Both the position numbers and the translations under genes were made by a program. From the human T2T-CHM13v2.0 reference genome, Homo sapiens, in the NCBI RefSeq assembly GCF_009914755.1, contig NC_060932.1: DNA of 64,000 bases; one strand, given 5' to 3'. The notes under the pieces are model-generated. The model did no database searches. It was not told the DNA's origin and saw only the letters and a list, made by a program, of their open reading frames with translations. Within the stretch, counting starts at the first letter, position 1. Each line of letters starts with the position of its first letter. Below, one piece after another: positions 46,255-64,000 of the stretch.

Positions 46255-46670
46255 CTTCCTCAAAACTATCTTCCTGAAAAACTTGTTTATGTTCTCCCAC
46301 CATTAGCAGTTCCTCATCTTCCACTCATTCCTCATTCCATTCCAATCTACCTTCCACCCACAGGATTCCAACCAAACAGATTTTACTATAGCCACCGAAG
46401 TTCTCCATTAATCCAAATCCAATGAACATGGTAAATTCTCATTTTGCTTGACTTCTCAGTGGAATTTGACATTGCTGACTACTCTCTCCTTCAAAAACTC
46501 TTTCTGTGGTTTCTTTTCTTAACCCTCCCATACCTTTGTCTATGTAACCCTTGCAAATTTGTCTTTTTTTAATCTGATATTTAAATGTCAAGTATTTTAA
46601 GCCTTAGTCTTATACCTTGTCTTTTATTTTCTATCTTGACAATCTTATGCCATTTTCAATTGTTTTCTGT
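46255..46670 (+). mobile_element. L2 RT fragment (appears to continue at ~62200-62980)
   Basis: ttgcttgacttctcagtggaatttgacatt (LLDLSAAFDT-like); ccaatctaccttccaccc (QSGF-like). Confidence 0.6.
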
Positions 46671-47297
46671 ATGTTATTATTTATTGACATACATTAAACT
46701 GCACATATTTAAAGTGTATGTTTTGATCAGTTTTGATGTATGTACACAACTGTGAAACCATCAACAAAATCAAGATAGTGAACATATCCAACACTACCAA
46801 CAGTTTCTCATGCCACATGGTAATAATCTCTTCCCATTGCACCTAACTCCACCTCTCCCAGGCAAGCACTGATCTGCTTTCTGTCACTACCGATTAGTCT
46901 GTGTTTTAAAGAGTTTTATATAGACAGAAGCATAGAGCAAGTATGATGATTCCTTTAGCCTGGTTTGCTTGAGATTCACCCAGGCTGTAGTGTGACATCA
47001 CTTTTTATTGCTAAGTAGTATTCTATTAATATTATTTGGATATACTAGAATTGATGTAAGCATTGTCTGATGATAGACATTTGGATTGTTTTCAAAATCC
47101 TGGCTATTACAAATGAAGCATCTATGAGTATTTTTAAAATTTTATGTGAACATAAGCTTTCTTTTCTCTTGGGTTAATTTGTATAGATGGAATAGCTGGA
47201 TCATATAGTAGGTGTAACTTACTTTCCTTCTTACAAAACTGCCAAACTATTTTCTTAAGTGATTGTCTCTTTTACATTACCAGAATATGTTAGAATT

Positions 47298-47991
47298 CTA
47301 GTTCTTTTGTGTCCTCACTAACACTTGGTATGGTCAGCCTTTTAATTTAGCCATTCTAATCAGTGTGTATCTCACATGCTTTTAATTTGCATTTGCCTGA
47401 TGACTGAAGACAATGAATGCCTTTTCGTGTTTATTTGCTATCTATATATCTCTTATGGTGAATTGTCAGTTCAAATATTTAGAGTATTTATGAGAATTAG
47501 ATTGTGTGTTTTCTGAAGTTTTGAGAGTTTCTTCTTCAACTATCCTGGATACAAGTCATTTATCAGATATATATATAGTATATATATATGGTTTATATTT
47601 ATCAGATATATATCATTTATCAGATATATAGTCATTTATCAGATATATAGTCATTTATCAGATATTTATAGTATATATATGGTTTATATTTGTCAGATAT
47701 ATATCATTTATCAGATATATCTGATAAATGACTTGTATCCTGGATAGCTGAAGAAGAAACTCTCAAAACTTAAGAAAACACACAATCTAATTCTCATAAA
47801 TACTCTAAATATTTGAACTGACAGTTCACCATAAAAGAGATATAGATAGCAAATAAACACAAGAAAAGGTATTCAATGTCTTCGGTCATCAGGGAAATGC
47901 AAATTAAAAGCATTTGAGATACACACTGATTGGAATGGCTAAATTAAAAGGCTGACCATACCAAGTGTTAGTGAGGACACAAAGGAACTAG
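47298..47991. repeat. Long inverted duplication (arms ~47298-47570 and 47718-47991) with AT-rich tandem spacer
   Basis: Hand alignment gives ~13 substitutions and one 2-bp indel over ~275 bp; perfect 28-bp palindrome at 47704-47731. Confidence 0.95.
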
Positions 47992-48009
47992 GATAGATAG
48001 ATAGATAGT

Positions 48010-48175
48010 TAGGCCTACAGGCATGTCACCACACCCAGCTGATCTTTTAATTTTTTGTAGAGATGGGGACCTTGGTCTATTGCCCAGGCTGTTCTTGAGC
48101 TCCTGACTTAAGCGATCTTCCTGCCTTGGCCACCCAAAAATGCTGGAATAACAGGCATGAGGCACTGTGCCCAGC
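48010..48175 (-). mobile_element. AluJ-like 5' half only (right arm and tail missing)
   Basis: ctacaggcatgtcaccacacccagct...gtagagatgggg...acaggcatgaggcactgtgcccagc. Confidence 0.85.
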
Positions 48176-48542
48176 TTTCAGATTTATTCTTTGAAAATAT
48201 TTTCTCTAAGTGTATGGCTTGCTTTTTCAGTTTCTAAGATTGTCTTTTGAGGAACAGATGTTCTTAATTTTGGGAAAAAAATGTTTTCCTTTAATAGACT
48301 GTATTTTTGGTATTGTAAATAATAACTCTTTGCCTAGCTAAAAGTCATAAAGATTTTCTTCTTGTTTTCTTCTAGGAGTTGTGTAGTTTTAGACTGACTG
48401 TTAGGTCTGTGATCTATTTTGAACTAATTTTTTATTATTGTATCACGAACAAATTGAATTTTTTTCATATGCATATCCAATTGTTCCAGTACCATTTACT
48501 GAAAAGATGCCTTTCTCCCCTATTTGCCTCTGCAATTTTGTG

Positions 48543-48567
48543 AAAAAAAAAAAAAAAAAAAAAAAAA
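48543..48567 (+). repeat. A25 homopolymer
   Basis: Direct reading. Confidence 0.9.
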
Positions 48568-49794
48568 TCAGTTGACTTTATATGTGTGATTTAATTATGA
48601 ATTTTTGTTTTTTCCTTGATATATTTATCTATTTTGATACTAATACCATATTGTGTGATGGTAGTTGTATAATAAATCTTAAAATAAGGCCAAAGAAGCT
48701 TTCCAAATTATTTGTTCTTTTACAAAGTTGTTTTAGCTTTTTTAGGTCCTTGGTGTTTTCAAATGAATGTAAGAATCATTTTGCAAACTTCTACAAAGAA
48801 GTCAGCTGGGATTTTTTATTGAGGTTGCTTTGAATCTGTGTATCAATTTGGGGGTTATTGATTTTAACAACACTGAGTCTTGGTCAAGGAACAAGATATA
48901 TCTCCCCATTTATACAGATCTCTTTAAATTTCTCTCAAAAATACTTCGTTCTTGTTAGTGTACAAATTTTGCCAATTTTTGTCAGAATTTTCCCTAAATA
49001 ACTCAAACTTTTATTGCTATTGTAACTGATATTGTTCTTTGTAATTCAATTTCCAACTGTTCATTGCTAGTACATAGAAATATAATTAAATTATGTATAT
49101 TGACCCTGTATCCTTCAATTCTTAGTTTTAGTACCCTTTTTTTCTCAATCTGTTGGATTTTATACATAGAAAATCGTTTAGTCTGTGAATAAAGTAGCTT
49201 TACTTCTACTTTTCCAATATACCTATCTTTTATTTATTTTCCTTACCTTATTGCCCTACCCATGTCTTCCAATACCATGTTGAATAAAAGAAGGGAGGGA
49301 AAAAATGTTTGTCTTATTCTTGATTTTGGGGAAAGCATTCAGTCTCTCACGATTAAAATGTAACGTTAGCTGTAGGATCTTTGTAAATGCCTTTTATCAA
49401 GTTGCAGACGTCCTTTTATTCCTAGTTTGCTATTCCTTCTTTATCTTTTTCTGTGTCTATTGATATGTCCTTAATTTTTACACTTTTCTTTAGATCATAA
49501 ATTACACTTACTGATTTTTGAACAAATGTTCAAAACAACCTAGGAACAAAACAAACTAGGAACAACCTACTTTATCCTAGGAACAAAACAACCTTTGTTC
49601 CTAGGATAAACTCCACTCAGTTATTATGTATTATCATTTTTATAGATATGTTGTTGGTTTGATTATCTTTTGTTAGCATGTTTGCATCTAAGCTCATGAG
49701 TGATATTTGTCTGTGGTTTTCTTCTCTTAGAGTGTGTTTGTCTGGTTTTCTCACGAGAGTAATGGTCACATAGAATGAGATGAAAAATATTCTA

Positions 49795-50523
<729 letters not shown>

Positions 50524-50939
50524 GGAACTTATATTTTCTAGAAGAATTTGTGTGCAATTGATACTACTATTTCTTAAATGATTGGTATAATTCACTAGTA
50601 AAGACTTCAGGGCCTGGAATTTATTTCTGAGTAGTGTTTAATGACAAATTCAATTTATTTTATAAATACGGGTCTATTCATGCTCTGTTTTCTTGAGGGA
50701 GCTTGGAAGTTTTATTTCATTTTATTTTATTATTATTATACTTTAAGTTTTAGGATACATGTGCACAATGTGCAGGTTTGTTACATATGTATACGTGTGC
50801 CATATTGGTGTGCTGCACCCATTAACTCGTCATCTAGCATTAGGTATATCTCCAAATGCTATCCCTCCCCCCTGGCCCCCGCCGACAACAGTCCCCGGAG
50901 TGTGATGTTCCCCTTCCCGTGTCCATGTGTTCTCATTGT

Positions 50940-54757
<3,818 letters not shown>

Positions 54758-54820
54758 TATGATGTTAGCTGGTTATTTTGCTCATTAGTTGATGCAATTT
54801 CTTCCTAGCCTTGATGGTCT

Positions 54821-55836
54821 TTACATTTTGGCATGTTTTTTCAGGGGCTGGTACCAGTTGTTCCTTTCCATGTTTAGTGCTTCCTTCAGGAGCTCTTTTA
54901 GGGCAGGCCTGGTGGTGACAAAATCTCTCAGCATTTGCTTGTCTGTAAAGGATTTTATTTCTCCTTCACTGTGAAGCTTAGTTTGGCTGGATATGAACTT
55001 CTGGGTTGAAAATTCTTTCCTTTAAGAATGTTGAATATTGGCCCCCACTCTCTTCTGGCTTGTAGAGTTTCTGCTGAGAGATCTGCTGTTAGTCTGATAG
55101 GCTTCCCTTTGTGGGTAACCCGACATTTCTCTCTGACTGCCCTTAACATTTTTTCCTTCATTTCAACTTTGGTGAATCTGACACTTATGTGTCTTGGAGT
55201 TGCTCTTCTCAAGGAGTATTTCTGTGGCATTCTCTGTATTTCCTGAATCTGAATGTTGGCCTGCCTTGCTAGATTGGGGAAGTTCTCCTGGATAATATCC
55301 TGCAGAGTGTTTTCCAACTTGGTTCCATTCTCCCTGTCACTTTCAGGTACACCAATCAGATGTAGATTTGGTCTTTTCACATAGTTCCATATTTCTTGGA
55401 GGCTTTGTTCAGTTCTTTTTATTCTTTTTTCTGTAAACTTCCCTTCTCACTTCATTTCATTCATTTCATCTTCCATTACTGATACCCTTTCTTCCAGTTG
55501 ATTGCATTGGCTCCTGAGGCTTCTGCATTCTTCACATAGTTCTCGAGCCTTGGCTTTCAGGTCCATCAGCTCCTTTAAGGACTTCTCTGCATTGATTATT
55601 CTAGGTATCCATTCGTCTAATTTTTTTTCAAAGTTTTTAACTTCTTTGCCATTGGTTTGAATTTCCTTCTGTAGCTTGGAGTAGTTTGATCATCTGAAGC
55701 CTTCTTCTCTCAACTCGTCAAAGTCATTCTCCATCCAGCTTTGTTCTGTTGCTGGTGAGGAGCTGCGTTCCTTTGAAGGAGGAGAGGCACTCTGGTTTTT
55801 AGAGTTTCCAGTTTTTCTGCTCTGTTTTTTCCCCAT
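54821..55836 (-). pseudogene. L1 ORF1p, disrupted
   Basis: ATG gggaaaaaacag at 55836; only a 141-aa piece (KRPNLHLIG...ARREW) is open. Confidence 0.9.
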
Positions 55837-56879
55837 CTTTGTGGTTTTATCTACTTTTGGTCTTTGATGATGGTGATGTACAGATGGGTTTTTGGTGTGG
55901 ATGTCCTTTCTGTTTGTTAGCTTTCCTTCTAACAGACAGGACCCTCAGCTGCAGGTCTGTTGGAGTTTGCTAGAGGTCCACTCCAGACCCTGTTTGCCTG
56001 GGTATCAGCAGTGGTGGCTGCAGAACAGCAGTGGCTGTAGAACAGCCTATATTGGTGAACCACAAATGCTGCTGCCTGATGGTTCCTCTGGAAGTTTTGT
56101 CTCAGAGGAGTACCTGGCCATGTGTGGTGTCAGTCTGCCCCTACTGGGGGGTGCCTCCCAGTTAGGCTGCTTGGGGGTCAGGGACCCACTTGAGGAGGCA
56201 GTCTGCCTTTTCTCAGATCTCCAGCTGTGTGCTGGGAGAACCACTGCTCTCTTCAAAGCTGTCAGACAGGGACATTTAAGTCTGCAGAGGTTACTGCTGT
56301 CTTTTTGTTTGTCTGTGCCCTGCCCCCAGAGTTGGAGCCTACAGAGGCAGGAAGGCCTCCTTGAGCCGTGGTGGGCTCCACCCATTTTGAGCTTCCTGGC
56401 TGCTTTGTTTACCTAATCAAGCCTGGGCAATGGCAGGCACGCCTCCCCCAGCCTTGCTGCTGCCTTGCAGTTTGATCTCAGACTGCTGTGCTAGCAATCA
56501 GCAAGACTGTGGGCGTAGGACCCTCTGAGCCAGGTGTGGGATATAACCTCCTGGTGTGCCATTTTTTGAGCCCGTCGGAAAAGCTCAGTATTAGGGCGGG
56601 AGTGACCTGATTTTCCAGGTGCTGTCTGTCACCCCATTCTTTGACTAGGAAAGGGAACTCCCTGACCCCTTGTGCTTCCTGAGTGAGTCAATGCCTCACC
56701 CTGCTTTGGCTTGTGCAATGTCCGCTGCACCCACTGTCCTGCGCCCACTGTCTGGTACTCCCTAGTGAGATGAACCCAGTACCTCAGATGGAAATGCAGA
56801 AATCACCCGTCTTCTGCGTTGATCACGCTGGGAGCTGTAGACTGGAGCTCTTCCTATTAGGCCATCTTAGCTCCATCTC
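55837..56879 (-). promoter_or_regulatory. L1 5'UTR with internal sense promoter (YY1 site at ~56860-56868) and antisense promoter region
   Basis: ggccatctt is the reverse YY1 motif; many CpG-to-TpG changes. Confidence 0.75.
56430..56528 (+). pseudogene. L1 ORF0, frameshifted to 32 aa
   Basis: MAGTPPPALLLPCSLISDCCASNQQD matches the recalled ORF0 N-terminus; an apparent 2-bp deletion leads to TGA at 56526. Confidence 0.7.
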
Positions 56880-58037
56880 TGGAAGTTTTTATCTTACAAG
56901 GAGTTTTTCATTTTATCTAAGTCATCAAATTGTTCATAATACCCTCTGATCACCCTTTTACTATGTGGAGAATCTGTAGTGATGTCCCCATATTTATTTA
57001 TAATATGATTACTTTGTGTCTTCACTTTGTCTTTTATGATCAGTCTGGCCAGAAAATTGTCAATATTGTTTATCTTTTAGCAGGAGCAGGTTTTTCTTTC
57101 AGTTATTTTCTCATTGTTTTCCTGTTCTGCATTTTATTAATTTGCAATTATATTTTAAACATTTTGCTTATTTTGGGTGAATTTGTCCTTCAGATTTACA
57201 TTTTTATAGTGGAAATTAAGTGCATTGATTTGAAACCTTTCTTCATTTTGCACATAGGCATTCAGTCCTTTTAATTTCCCCAATTACTAGTTTAGAAGCA
57301 TTCCAGAATTTTGATGAATTATGCTTTCTGTTTTATTTAGGCTAGGATATTTTCTAATTTCTATTTTGATTTATCCTTTGACCCATGAGTTTTTGAAAGT
57401 GTATTATTTAGTTTCCAACTTTTGGAGAGTTTCTAATAACCTTTCTGTTACTGATTTTTACTTCAATTCCATTGCATCAGAAAGCATAGTTCGTATGATT
57501 TGAAGTATTTTAAATTTACTGAGACAATTTGATTTGCTGAAAAATATTTCATAGTTGTCAGTGCACAAATCTTGCCAACTTTTGGTAAATGTCTCATAGG
57601 CTTTTGAAAATGTTGTGCTTTCTGCTACTTGCAGATTAAATGCTCTATAAATATCAGTTAAATTAGTTTGGTTGGTAGTCATCAACTCTTCTGTGCTTGC
57701 TGATTTTTTGTGTAATTGAGTTATCAATTATTAAGAGAGGGGTATTAAAATCTCCAAATTTAATTGTGCAATTGCCCATTTCTCCTTTAAGTTTTACCAG
57801 TTTTCATTTCTTGTATTTTGAATCTCTCTTATAAAATACATAAATCCTTAAGGTTATTATGTGTGCTTAATGACTTGGTTCTGTTATTATAAAATGATGT
57901 TTATTATTCTGAGTTATATTCTTTACTCTGAAATCTAATTAGCCTGATATTAATATAGCTACTCCACCTTTATTTTAGTTAATTTTAGTGTGATACAATT
58001 TGTATGCTTTTTTTTAATCCTATTTGCCTTATTTTTC

Positions 58038-60122
<2,085 letters not shown>

Positions 60123-62199
60123 TTTATTTTTCAATTGCATTTTTTATAGGCAACATATAGTTGTTTCTTTATGATCAACCAGTCTCTGCCTTTTAAATGG
60201 GTGTGTTTAGACCATTTACATTAAATGTGACTATGAGCACAAATTTAATTCTCTCATCTTGTCCTTTGTTATCTATTTTTCTTATCTCTTCTTTATTCCT
60301 CTTTATTTCTTTTTCCACTTGATTTAGATAATTTTTGTATTTCATTATTTGTTTTTATCCTTTCTACTGGCTCATTAGCTTTTTTGTTTTAGTAGTTGTT
60401 GTAAAGTTTAGAGTATACAACTTAGTGTACCCTCAAGTGCTGGCATACACTACTATACTTCTATTTCCCTCTTGCTGATTTTTTTGTTATTTTTATTCAC
60501 TTTTTAAAAATTACATTTTGTTTAAAACATCTATTATCCTGTAGAAATACTAAATATGAAAAAAGATCTTACATATATACCAATGTAGTTACCATCTCTG
60601 ATGTTCTTTATTCCATTGTGTATATTGATTTTTAAATAATTTTTCTGCCTAAAAAAATTTATTAACTTTTTTTTTTGCAATGGAGATCTGCTGGCAATAA
60701 ATTCTTTTAACTTTTGTGTATCTGCTATCATTTGCCCTCTTTTTTGGAAGTTTTTTTGTGTGTGTGTTTATAAAACTCTATATTAAGAAATTTATTTTCT
60801 CTTAGTATTTTAAGGATTTTACTCTACTGTTTTTTGCTTTATTGTTTCCAGTGAGAAATTTCTTGTCATCTTTATCTTTGTTCCATTATATGCAATATTG
60901 TTTTTTCTTCTGCTTTCAAGATTTTCTTTCTATCACTGTTTTTGAATTTGTTGATTAAGATGTATCATGGTATAGCATTCTTATTTCTTGTCTGTGAAAT
61001 TTGTTAGGTTTTTTCATCAGTGACTTATAATGTTTATCCATTTGGAAACATTATGACCATCATTAAAAAAATATTTCTTCCCTGCCCTCTCCTTTAGTAT
61101 TGCAATTACACATATATTATGATGCTTAAACTTGTTCCATAGATCACTGGTGCTTTCTTCATTTATGTTAACTCTCTTTTCTTTTTGTGTTTTATTTTGG
61201 AAAATCCTAAGCTATACCCTCAAGTTCAATAATCGTTTATTTTGCCAAGTCTAATTGGCCCTTAATTCTATCCAGTGTATTTTCCATGTTACACATTATA
61301 ATTTTCATATCTGAAAGTACAATTAGCACCTTCTTAAAATCTCCCATGTCTCTACTTAACTTTTTGAACATGTGGAATAAAATAATAATAATTGTTTTAA
61401 TGTTCTTGCCTGCTAATTCTAACATCTGTGCCAATTCTGAATCAGTTTCAATCAAGTGATATTTTTCTTTTCATTATGGATTGTATTTTTTTTTCTTTGC
61501 ATGCCTGGCAATCTTTAATAAAATGACAGAGTTTGCAAATTTTACCTCGTTGGGTGCTGAACATTGTATCCTTATAAATATTATTGAGCATCATTCTGGG
61601 ATGCAAACAAATTACATGAGGACACTTGGATAAATTTATGTGTTGATTTTAGGATTTGTTAAGTAGGGCCATAGCAGCGTTTTGTATAAGACTAATTATC
61701 CCTCAGTAACTATTGAGGGATAAAAACCCCATGAAGGTTTTTGTGAGTACTCTACCCAATGCTCTGTAAATGATGAGTTTTCTCCAGACTTGCTTGTTGG
61801 AAAAGATAGTATTTTCAGCCTCTCTAAAACTCTGCCATGTGAAGCCTATTTACATTAGTTTCTTTAGACTTTTTGGTTCTGTGCACTCAACTCAGAGTTT
61901 GTTGGGCTTTATCTCAGTTCCTTCTACATGCATTGTAGCTGTAAACTCCTTCAAGATAATAAACTAGTACAATGTTATGGCTCACATTGTTTCATTTCCT
62001 GTCTCTCAGCTCTGTCTTTTGTTACTCGATATCCAGTGTCTTAAAAACCATTGCTTTATCTTGTCTGCTTTGTTTGTTTGTGTATTTGTTTCAAGCTGGA
62101 GTGTATTCTAATCTTTGGTATTCCATTTTGTCTGGAAGCACAAATTGCCATTTATATGTTATAATTCCTGAATTTAAGTATTCAGCTAGGAATGTAAGC

Positions 62200-62980
62200 T
62201 CATTCTAATCTTATATATCCAATTGCTTATTTTATATCTCTTTGATTGCTGCTAGTTATCTCAAACTTATTTTGGAAATGAAGCTTTTGATGTACTGATG
62301 TTTCTCCAACTCTTCTTTTGCCAGGTTTCCCATCTCAGTAGAAACAATACAAAAAATCAGAATGCCCCAGTTTCTATATTAGTTCCAACATGTGCTCACC
62401 ATGCAGGCTTCAGCAGATGACTTCACCTTTTCATTATTTAGTTTCATTGTCCACTAAACAGAGGTGAACTAATGAAGCCAGTATCTAAATCATAGATTTG
62501 TTGTGTTTCTTGTTGTGGTTGTATTTTTAAATGGATTAGCACATTTTAAGGGAGTGATGTAGCTTAGTTTCTCAGTAACTGTTAGCCACTGACTTTCTTT
62601 ATGTACCTTGAAACTCTAAATCCTGTCTTAGAGCGCCTAATGTTCTGTATAACTACACAGCTCCTCTCCCAGCACTTTGACTGACTAATTTAATATTGTT
62701 GTAAAGGTCTAACTGAAATATCATCTCCTCAGGGAGACTTTAGAAAGAACACTGAAAGAAATTTCCAAAGAAATTCATACAAGCTATTTTCTAGTAAGAT
62801 GCAATGGTTATGTGGCTCCTAGTAATCACAATTTTTAAACATCTTATGTATCTATTTTTTTGTTTTTTTTTATATGTCTTACTCATCAAAATGTGAGCTC
62901 CTTGAGTATACGAACCTTGTTAATTCTATATCTCAATTTTTTCAGGCATATAGTAGGTATTTTATCAATATTTGTTGATT
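62200..62980 (+). mobile_element. L2 3' fragments
   Basis: tatccaattgctta...tctcaaactt; aaatatcatctcctcagggag; aatgtgagctccttgag...ggcatatagtaggta...atatttgttga. Confidence 0.55.
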
Positions 62981-63775
62981 TAAACTATACATTGAATTTT
63001 TGTTTCTCTTTTTCATACATTGCCCCAGTATTTATACTGTACTCTCCTCTAATCCTGATGCTTATTTCCCCTTCCACTTCTATTTCCTCAGGCCCACTTT
63101 TGTTCTCTCTCTTTGTCTCTCTCTCTCCTTCTTTCTTTTCCTAATGATAAATCATTGTCTTTTATATTTGTAGAGCTTACACCTTTGAAGAAAATTATGA
63201 AGCTACTCTGCCAGCACAATATAAATTGTAGGTTCCATGGACAAATATCAGATTTGTTTTATCCACTACCAATACCCCAAATTGTAAGCTGACATGAAAC
63301 TCATCATCAGAGTGGCCAAGATTGATTTTCAATTTTCATTTGAGTGGTCTTTGGTTCAAATTGGTAAAGAATGATGTGCTATTAGTTAAAAGTAATTTTA
63401 GAAAGAAAATAGTTACCAGGGAGTCTAGCAAACTAATGTGGATTAGTCAAACTGATAATAGTGAAGGTTCATAATTATATTTACCACGCTTGCTACAATT
63501 ATACTTATGTCTATTGACTTTCTTAGTTCATATGGAAAACTAGTTAGATGTAGAGATTCCCTGTCTTTAGCGTTTCATCTCTAATTTATTTTTAGTCAGT
63601 TCATAAAATGAAAAAGATGATAATCGAGACAGCAACCTTTATAAGAAGTTTGAATACTGAGAATATTCAATTTATTTTGTAGAAAAAAATAGATGCTTTG
63701 GTCAAATATTATATTTCTGTTTATCACAGAAGTTTGAGAAAAAGCTTTCATTATTGGTAACAGATGTTTACCTAC

Positions 63776-64000
63776 TTATTTTATTATTATGATTATACTT
63801 TAAGTTCTGGTATACATGTACAGAATGTGCAGGCTTGTTACATAGTTATACATGAGCCATGGTGGTTTGCTGCACCCATCAACACATCATCTAAGTTTTA
63901 AGCCCCGCATGCATTAGGTATTTTTCCTAATGCTATCCCTCCCCATGCCCCCTACCTCCCAACAGGCCCTGGTGTGTGATGTTCCCCTCCCTGTGTCCAT
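63776..64000 (-). mobile_element. L1PA8-like 3' end, runs off the window
   Basis: tatactttaagttctgg...ccatggtggtttgctgcacccatcaac...ttttaagccccgcatgcattagg. Confidence 0.85.

Noticed and set aside
45877-46263. 128-aa minus-strand ORF in non-L1 sequence
   Set aside because: Non-ATG start, crosses a CA repeat, no recognisable domain
47555-47731. Repeat-spacer pattern superficially like CRISPR
   Set aside because: Eukaryotic context; spacers are TA-rich self-copies and there are no cas genes
55892-56416. 174-aa plus-strand ORF
   Set aside because: Antisense reading of the L1 5'UTR with a non-ATG start; not ORF0 and no coding evidence

Overview
Gene-poor, AT-rich, transposon-saturated primate genomic DNA, almost certainly human because it carries an AluYb8 with its diagnostic 7-bp duplication. 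I find no host protein-coding exon; nearly all listed ORFs are broken LINE-1 frames, Alu or microsatellite noise. LINE-1 of many ages makes up well over half the window. It includes a full-length but dead L1PA4-like element (50717-56879), a near full-length L1MA2/3-like element (34320-41871), three 5'-inverted (twin-primed) L1s and two deep nests. There are also six Alus, MaLR/ERVL LTRs, MIR/L2 relics and a 3'-truncated tailless 5S rRNA retrocopy. I see no evidence for a new biological system. The most interesting signals are structural. (1) A ~275-bp-arm fold-back inverted duplication has a template-switch repeat spacer and replaced the 3' half of an Alu (47298-48176). (2) Two neighbouring, oppositely oriented L1PA copies share about 7 apparently non-consensus variants, suggesting gene conversion, inversion or a shared source element. 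(3) One L1 has an unusually short non-inverted 3' segment. (4) A pre-miRNA-sized hairpin sits in unique sequence. Subfamily calls come from recalled consensus features, and boundaries of old repeats are approximate.
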